DNA of 53,263 nucleotides from Bacteroidota bacterium (GTDB lineage Bacteria; Bacteroidota; Bacteroidia; NS11-12g; UBA955): NCBI GenBank assembly GCA_046314695.1, contig JBKDBI010000464.1, positions 1 to 53,263 of the forward strand, read 5' to 3'. Shown piece by piece: positions 48,735 to 53,263 of this stretch (position 1 is its first letter; each line of letters starts with the position of its first letter). The notes under the pieces were generated by a model. It saw only the letters and a program-made list of their open reading frames with translations, ran no database searches and was not told where the DNA came from. The position numbers and the translations under genes were made by a program.

Positions 48735-49691
48735 ATGAATCTGAAGATCAAGCTGTTTCCTGACGCGGATGGTGCTGGTGCTGGTGCTGGTGGTACTCCT
48801 TCGACTCCGCCCGCTCAGCCTGCGGCTCCGAGCCAGCCTACTACCATCGAGATTGGTGGAAAGGCGATGTCCATTCAGGACATTCAGGCTGCGCTTGCGG
48901 CACGAGATGAGGCGGTGCAGACGGCTCAGCAGTTGCTCGATGGGTCGCTGCCGGAGAACCAGCAGCGGGACGCGGCGACTCGTGCGTTGAAGATGGCCGG
49001 GTTGAGCACGGCTGAGATCGAGGCGAGGCTGTCGTCCATCTTTCAGGCTGAGGCCGATGACCAGAGCAGAGTGGGCGTTGAGTCGAACGCCGGGGGTACG
49101 TCGGCATCGAGCGGTGATGCGAATGTGACGGTTACTGATCTGATGCAGCAGATTGCGGCGTTGAAGGCTGAGCAGGCTGAGTTGAAGCGGCTGGCGATGG
49201 TTCGCTCAACTGAGCGGATTGAAAGCACGTTCAACAGTGTGCTGGAGCAGTCGATCAAGGCGCAGGATGGTTTGGGTCAGATCGAGGGGCTGCTCAAGAA
49301 GGCCAAAGCCGGACAGGACGCAGGCAAGGTCCTTGATGGGGTGAAGGAGTCGATCCGCAAGGAAGCGATTCAGACGCTCCTTGAGGTCAAGAACCGGGAT
49401 GGCGTGGTGACTGAGGCTGCGGTGGCCAAGGCTGTGAAGGACGCTTCGGCCAAGCAATTGGACACGATCAAGCCGCTGTTGTCCGCGTTGAAGTCGTTGG
49501 GTGCGAGCCCGGCCAGCGGGGTTTGGGAAAGCGTGCTCAACAAGCCGACGGTCAAGCCGCCGGAGAAGTTTGTCCCGGGCCGCGACAACATGGGCACGGT
49601 TTCCACTCAGCTCAATCAGTGGGCGGCTGACGTGCTGTCGAAGCAGACGGCTCGGAATATGATTGAGCGTGAGAACGCACGGGTTCTTTGA
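48735..49691 (+). CDS. Scaffolding protein candidate (318 aa)
   Basis: Ala/Gln/Glu-rich helical sequence between the portal and capsid genes. N-terminal GAGAGAG comes from (GGTGCT)3. Confidence 0.5.
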   Translation: MNLKIKLFPDADGAGAGAGGTPSTPPAQPAAPSQPTTIEIGGKAMSIQDIQAALAARDEAVQTAQQLLDGSLPENQQRDAATRALKMAGLSTAEIEARLSSIFQAEADDQSRVGVESNAGGTSASSGDANVTVTDLMQQIAALKAEQAELKRLAMVRSTERIESTFNSVLEQSIKAQDGLGQIEGLLKKAKAGQDAGKVLDGVKESIRKEAIQTLLEVKNRDGVVTEAAVAKAVKDASAKQLDTIKPLLSALKSLGASPASGVWESVLNKPTVKPPEKFVPGRDNMGTVSTQLNQWAADVLSKQTARNMIERENARVL

Positions 49692-49755
49692 CTTGCCTAC
49701 ACTAGGGGAGTAGTAACTCCCTTCTCGAACTTCGACACCTTGATGGAGAACAACC

Positions 49756-51402
49756 ATGTCCTCTTTTCCGAACACTGGTGCTGGCAACCCGCTGATTGAT
49801 CGTCGGGTTCAGTTCCAAGAGATCATCAACACGGCCATCGACACCTTTCTGCCTGCTCAGGAGCCGATCTTCGGCGACATCCTGAACGGGATGCCGACGG
49901 GTGACATCAGCGGCTTTGGCCGTGACCTTGTGATCCGCAAGCTGTATCAGGGTGGCCTGAGCGGCGTGATCGAGGGTGCGCAGGCACGCAACCAGTTTGG
50001 TCTGATTGGTGACACCGATCAGACGGGTCTGGTGGATACGGGCAGCAATATCCGGGCTCGTGGCCGGGGCCAGTACACGTTCCCCTCGGCGGTTGGTCAG
50101 GCTGAGAACACCACGTACGGGCTGGCGATTCCGATGCGTGGTATGACGGGCAACATCCGCTTCAACATGGCTGAGGTGCTGGCTGAGCAGAACCCCGCGT
50201 TCGTCGGTCAGATCATCGCTCCCAAGTTGACGGGCTGGGCTCGCAACATCAGCCGCACGCTAGCCTTCTACCTGATTGCCAGCCAGAACGACAACTACCG
50301 GCTGTGCAACGTGGCCAGCGTCGGCACCAACACCCAGATTGGTGCGACGACTACGTGGGTCCGCACGATGGAGACGGACAACAAGACGGTTCGCCGCCTT
50401 GCTCCGGGTATGCAGGTTGACGTGTACGCCCCTGCAACGCCGGGGCCTCTCGCTCGTCGAAACGACTCGCAGGCTGCGCTGGGGAATCAGACGCCGCTGA
50501 CCCGCCTCAACATCATCGTCAGTTCCGTGGACTATGTGACGGGCACGTTCCGGCTCATGGGTTCGCAGGCTGCACTGGCCAACATCGCCAACGGTGATGC
50601 GGTTGTGCTGGCCAACACGATGAACGCGAATGCGACTGGCACGAACTCCGGGTTGCCGTTCATGGGCATCGCGGGTATCAACAGCTTCATGAAGTTCGGT
50701 GCTGTCAATCCGGCTAGCGTGGTTCCGAACCGGGATCAGTTGCTGGGTGCTGAGGCGGTGAATGATGGTGGGCCATTCGGCGGCATCATCAACGTCAACA
50801 ACTACCCGCAGTTCAAGTCGCTCCGGTATACGAACGTGGGCGTGCTGACTGAGGCGAAGCTGACGGGATATCTCGACAAGTTCAATGAGGCGCACGATCA
50901 GCACGGCTGGATGCTCGACACGTTTATTGCGAGCCGTGGCGTGTGGCGCAGCTATGCGAACCAGCAGATCAACTCGTTCACTCGTGAGCGTACGGGTCAG
51001 ACGCAGAACCTCAACAGCGAGGGCGTTCGTCCGGGCTTCACGTTCGAGCACGAGGGCAAGACCTACCGTGGCGTGACCAGCTACTGGGTCGAGAACAACA
51101 CTGTGTACGGCCATCGCATTCAGGGTAACTTTGTGCGGTACGTGCCGCCTGCCCTGATGAACAGCCAGATCGCACCGGGTGCGGAGCCGTCGGCTGGGTT
51201 TGAGCTGGTTGCTCCGCTCCTGACTGGCACGGGCAGCGATCGGATCAACGTGACGCAGGGTGTGAACGGTGGTGACAACCTCATCACTGATGCGTGGGAG
51301 CACCCCGCCATCCTCCGCACGCAGTTTGTGCCGGATGCGCAGCCGGTCGGTATGCGGCTTGAGGGTGTGGACGAGTACCGCCTTGAGCCGGTCGGCGGCT
51401 AA
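49756..51402 (+). CDS. Major capsid protein candidate (548 aa)
   Basis: GGAG SD, position after the scaffold gene, and a strong terminator directly downstream. Confidence 0.55.
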   Translation: MSSFPNTGAGNPLIDRRVQFQEIINTAIDTFLPAQEPIFGDILNGMPTGDISGFGRDLVIRKLYQGGLSGVIEGAQARNQFGLIGDTDQTGLVDTGSNIRARGRGQYTFPSAVGQAENTTYGLAIPMRGMTGNIRFNMAEVLAEQNPAFVGQIIAPKLTGWARNISRTLAFYLIASQNDNYRLCNVASVGTNTQIGATTTWVRTMETDNKTVRRLAPGMQVDVYAPATPGPLARRNDSQAALGNQTPLTRLNIIVSSVDYVTGTFRLMGSQAALANIANGDAVVLANTMNANATGTNSGLPFMGIAGINSFMKFGAVNPASVVPNRDQLLGAEAVNDGGPFGGIINVNNYPQFKSLRYTNVGVLTEAKLTGYLDKFNEAHDQHGWMLDTFIASRGVWRSYANQQINSFTRERTGQTQNLNSEGVRPGFTFEHEGKTYRGVTSYWVENNTVYGHRIQGNFVRYVPPALMNSQIAPGAEPSAGFELVAPLLTGTGSDRINVTQGVNGGDNLITDAWEHPAILRTQFVPDAQPVGMRLEGVDEYRLEPVGG

Positions 51403-51437
51403 GTCGGGTGAGAGTTGGACAAGTGAAGCACACGACG

Positions 51438-51472
51438 AGGGGCTGGCCTATGATGGCTGGCCCCTTGTTTTT
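51438..51472 (+). terminator. Rho-independent terminator after the capsid gene
   Basis: AGGGGCTGGCC-tatgat-GGCTGGCCCCT (11 bp including two G-T pairs), followed by TGTTTTT. Confidence 0.7.
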
Positions 51473-51490
51473 CACTCCCCGGAGGCCGTC

Positions 51491-52087
51491 ATGTCTGCGA
51501 TTGTCGATCAGCTTTATGAGTCGTCGTCATGCACTCGGTATAGGGCAGACTGGCATCAGGTGCTGCCCACGAGCCCTTCGATGGAGTCGCTCGACAGGGC
51601 GGTCAACACAAAGGGCCGGTTGTTCCTGATGTACCACCGCAAGGCTAAGCGGTTCTCGATCGGGGTGTGGGTGTTCCTGCCGCCTCATCTGAGGGGTCAG
51701 GGCATAGACCATTCGGGTGGGGAGTTTGGGCCGGGCCTCTTCCGCGAGTTGACCAGTTTCGATTGCCATCCGTTTCAGGAGGGGTCAGACTTCAACTTCA
51801 GGGCCTGGATCGAGCGGATGCGGGGACCGAGTGCTCATGAGCAGCTTGAGCGGAAGTTGCAGTCGCAGGAGAAGGAAGAGCTGGACTCGCTGGTGCGGTC
51901 GGAGGAGTTCAGGAAGCAGCAAGTGCGATCGCTCAAGCAACGCAACATGTACGAGGCCGCGAGAGCGGTCGAGCAGCAGCCGGGTGTCTACATGGACCCC
52001 AACATGCTGGGTAGCGATCAAGTGCGGCAGATCAACGAGAATTGGCACAGCAAGGGCAAGGTCTCTGTGACCAAAGACGTGGAGTGA
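51491..52087 (+). CDS. Hypothetical virion-module protein (198 aa)
   Basis: GGAGG lies 5 nt before ATG 51491 (MSAIVDQLYESS). Confidence 0.55.
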   Translation: MSAIVDQLYESSSCTRYRADWHQVLPTSPSMESLDRAVNTKGRLFLMYHRKAKRFSIGVWVFLPPHLRGQGIDHSGGEFGPGLFRELTSFDCHPFQEGSDFNFRAWIERMRGPSAHEQLERKLQSQEKEELDSLVRSEEFRKQQVRSLKQRNMYEAARAVEQQPGVYMDPNMLGSDQVRQINENWHSKGKVSVTKDVE

Positions 52088-52093
52088 TTGAAC

Positions 52094-53011
52094 ATGAGTC
52101 CCAGTCTGTCGTATCTTGAGACGGTGCTTGAGCGGGCGTGGTCCATCATCAATCGCTCCACCAGCGAGGGCGAGCTGACCGATGACTACGTGATCCGACA
52201 CTTCATCTTGCCTGCTCAGGAGGAGGTGGTGTCACGTTGCACGGGCATCAGCACCCTCAACTACGTGGGCAGTCTCCAGTTCACGACCACCGCAGGTCAA
52301 GCGAGCTTTGTGCTGCCGCCCATCATTGCCACCGTCTTGCGGCTGGTCGAGCTGGATACCAGCGGCAACGAGTACATCGACTGGATGCCCCGCTCGCTCA
52401 CGGCACCGAGCGGGCCGGGTTGGCGGCTGTCGGCGAACACGCTCGTCTTTGATCCACCGCTTACAGATGCGAAGACGTTTGTGTTGAGGTTTGTGCCGAG
52501 CGGCGATTTTGTGCCGCACTACGCCCACCACTCTCATGGTTGTACGGTGGCGGCTGACGGCAAGACGGTGACGATGGGCACGCCCCAACTGGGCTACGTC
52601 GATCGACGGCCCAACTCGCTGGTCGGCCAGATGTTCAGGATGATCCCAACATCCGGCCTCATTCAAGAGCGGCTGATCGTTGTTCACGATGCAGCCGCCT
52701 CCACTATCACTCTGGGTGATGCCCTTTCGGGCACCTTCAATGGTGTGACGAAGTACGCTTACGAGGTGGCTCCGCCCATCTCGCAAGCCTTCTTGCAGGC
52801 GGTCGCCTATCGGGCTGCGATCGGGATGGGGACGCGGGCGCGGATGCCCGAAGGCCAGCTCGAACTGATCCGTCGCAGCTATGCGGATGCGGTCAAGACG
52901 CTGCGTGACCGGGCGCAGGGGGCACAGGGGCGAACCCCGCCTCGCTTCGATCGGAATACCGTGGACAACCCGGATGTGCGGATGGCAACTGGCGTTGCTT
53001 GGCGGCTCTGA
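52094..53011 (+). CDS. Hypothetical head-tail adaptor-position protein (305 aa)
   Basis: ATG 52094, or TTG 52088. The call rests on position downstream of the capsid gene only. Confidence 0.5.
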   Translation: MSPSLSYLETVLERAWSIINRSTSEGELTDDYVIRHFILPAQEEVVSRCTGISTLNYVGSLQFTTTAGQASFVLPPIIATVLRLVELDTSGNEYIDWMPRSLTAPSGPGWRLSANTLVFDPPLTDAKTFVLRFVPSGDFVPHYAHHSHGCTVAADGKTVTMGTPQLGYVDRRPNSLVGQMFRMIPTSGLIQERLIVVHDAAASTITLGDALSGTFNGVTKYAYEVAPPISQAFLQAVAYRAAIGMGTRARMPEGQLELIRRSYADAVKTLRDRAQGAQGRTPPRFDRNTVDNPDVRMATGVAWRL

Positions 53012-53014
53012 ATC

Positions 53015-53263
53015 ATGCCCTTCGACTCTTCCAATTTCGGCTATCGAACGCTCCCGAGCTGGCTGCAAGACTTTGTGGCGGGCATGGGTCCGTCCACCAT
53101 GTCCAACCTCCGCCAAGGCTTCCAGCAGGAGACTGTGCGTCCGGGCGTTCGCATCAACTTCGACCGCGAGTTCGCCAACCGCAACTCCTCCCTCTCCGAA
53201 GTCCTCTCGCAGGTGTTTGCCACCCCCGGTCAGAACGCTCTCGTGCCGGGTCGCATCTTCAAC
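53015..53263 (+). CDS. 5' part of an ORF running off the window end (83 codons), continues in frame at base 1
   Basis: ATG 53015 lies 4 nt after the upstream TGA. There is no stop before the window end. 249 nt equals 83 codons exactly. Confidence 0.5.
   Translation, partial: MPFDSSNFGYRTLPSWLQDFVAGMGPSTMSNLRQGFQQETVRPGVRINFDREFANRNSSLSEVLSQVFATPGQNALVPGRIFN

Noticed and set aside
48771-48788. A (GGTGCT)3 hexamer repeat as a regulatory repeat
   Set aside because: It simply encodes GAGAGAG in the disordered N-terminus of the scaffold candidate, and I saw no other copies.
1-53263. CRISPR arrays, rRNA genes, IS elements, integrase or excisionase, toxin-antitoxin pairs
   Set aside because: I saw no regularly spaced direct repeats, no rRNA-like sequence beyond the 16-nt 16S-tail mimic at 13898-13913, and no transposase or recombinase motifs. 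By-eye reading cannot exclude divergent families.

Overview
This window looks like a complete, circularly permuted genome of a tailed dsDNA phage with high GC content. The ORF that starts at ATG 53015 runs off the right end after exactly 83 codons and continues in frame into base 1. I see three transcription blocks. (1) A rightward virion arm runs from 42.56 kb across the window junction to 12.36 kb. It holds small genes, the large terminase, portal, scaffold, major capsid, adaptor-like proteins, a GT32-like glycosyltransferase and several large tail or internal proteins. (2) A leftward arm runs from 40.41 kb down to 12.23 kb. It holds many small early genes, a beta-grasp / JAB / E1-like cluster, a family A DNA polymerase, an ERCC4-type nuclease, a beta-helix tailspike, a lysis cassette, a PD-(D/E)XK nuclease and a RecA-fold ATPase. 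(3) A single leftward SF3 (D5/P4-type) helicase gene lies at 41.1-42.5 kb. Arms 2 and 3 are separated by two ORF-free segments: a hairpin-dense 0.7 kb stretch (39.2-39.9 kb) and a 0.7 kb control region (40.4-41.1 kb). The control region has CCCTCCCC boxes, a palindrome and an AT-rich patch. The most unusual features are these. (a) The Ubl-like / JAB / E1-like gene cluster sits in the early region. (b) A 16-nt signature CCCCCCACTCAAGGTG is present 24 times, mostly abutting start codons, and every plus-strand copy has a convergent partner downstream. (c) There is extreme purine/pyrimidine strand asymmetry at 22.5-39.2 kb and 41.1-44.4 kb that flips sign at the control region. It leaves coding strands almost free of stop codons and proteins very poor in Lys, Glu and Gly. 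I could not recognise an integrase, a CRISPR array, a complete tRNA, a single-subunit RNA polymerase or an endolysin. All functional calls rest on motifs read by eye. No database search was possible.
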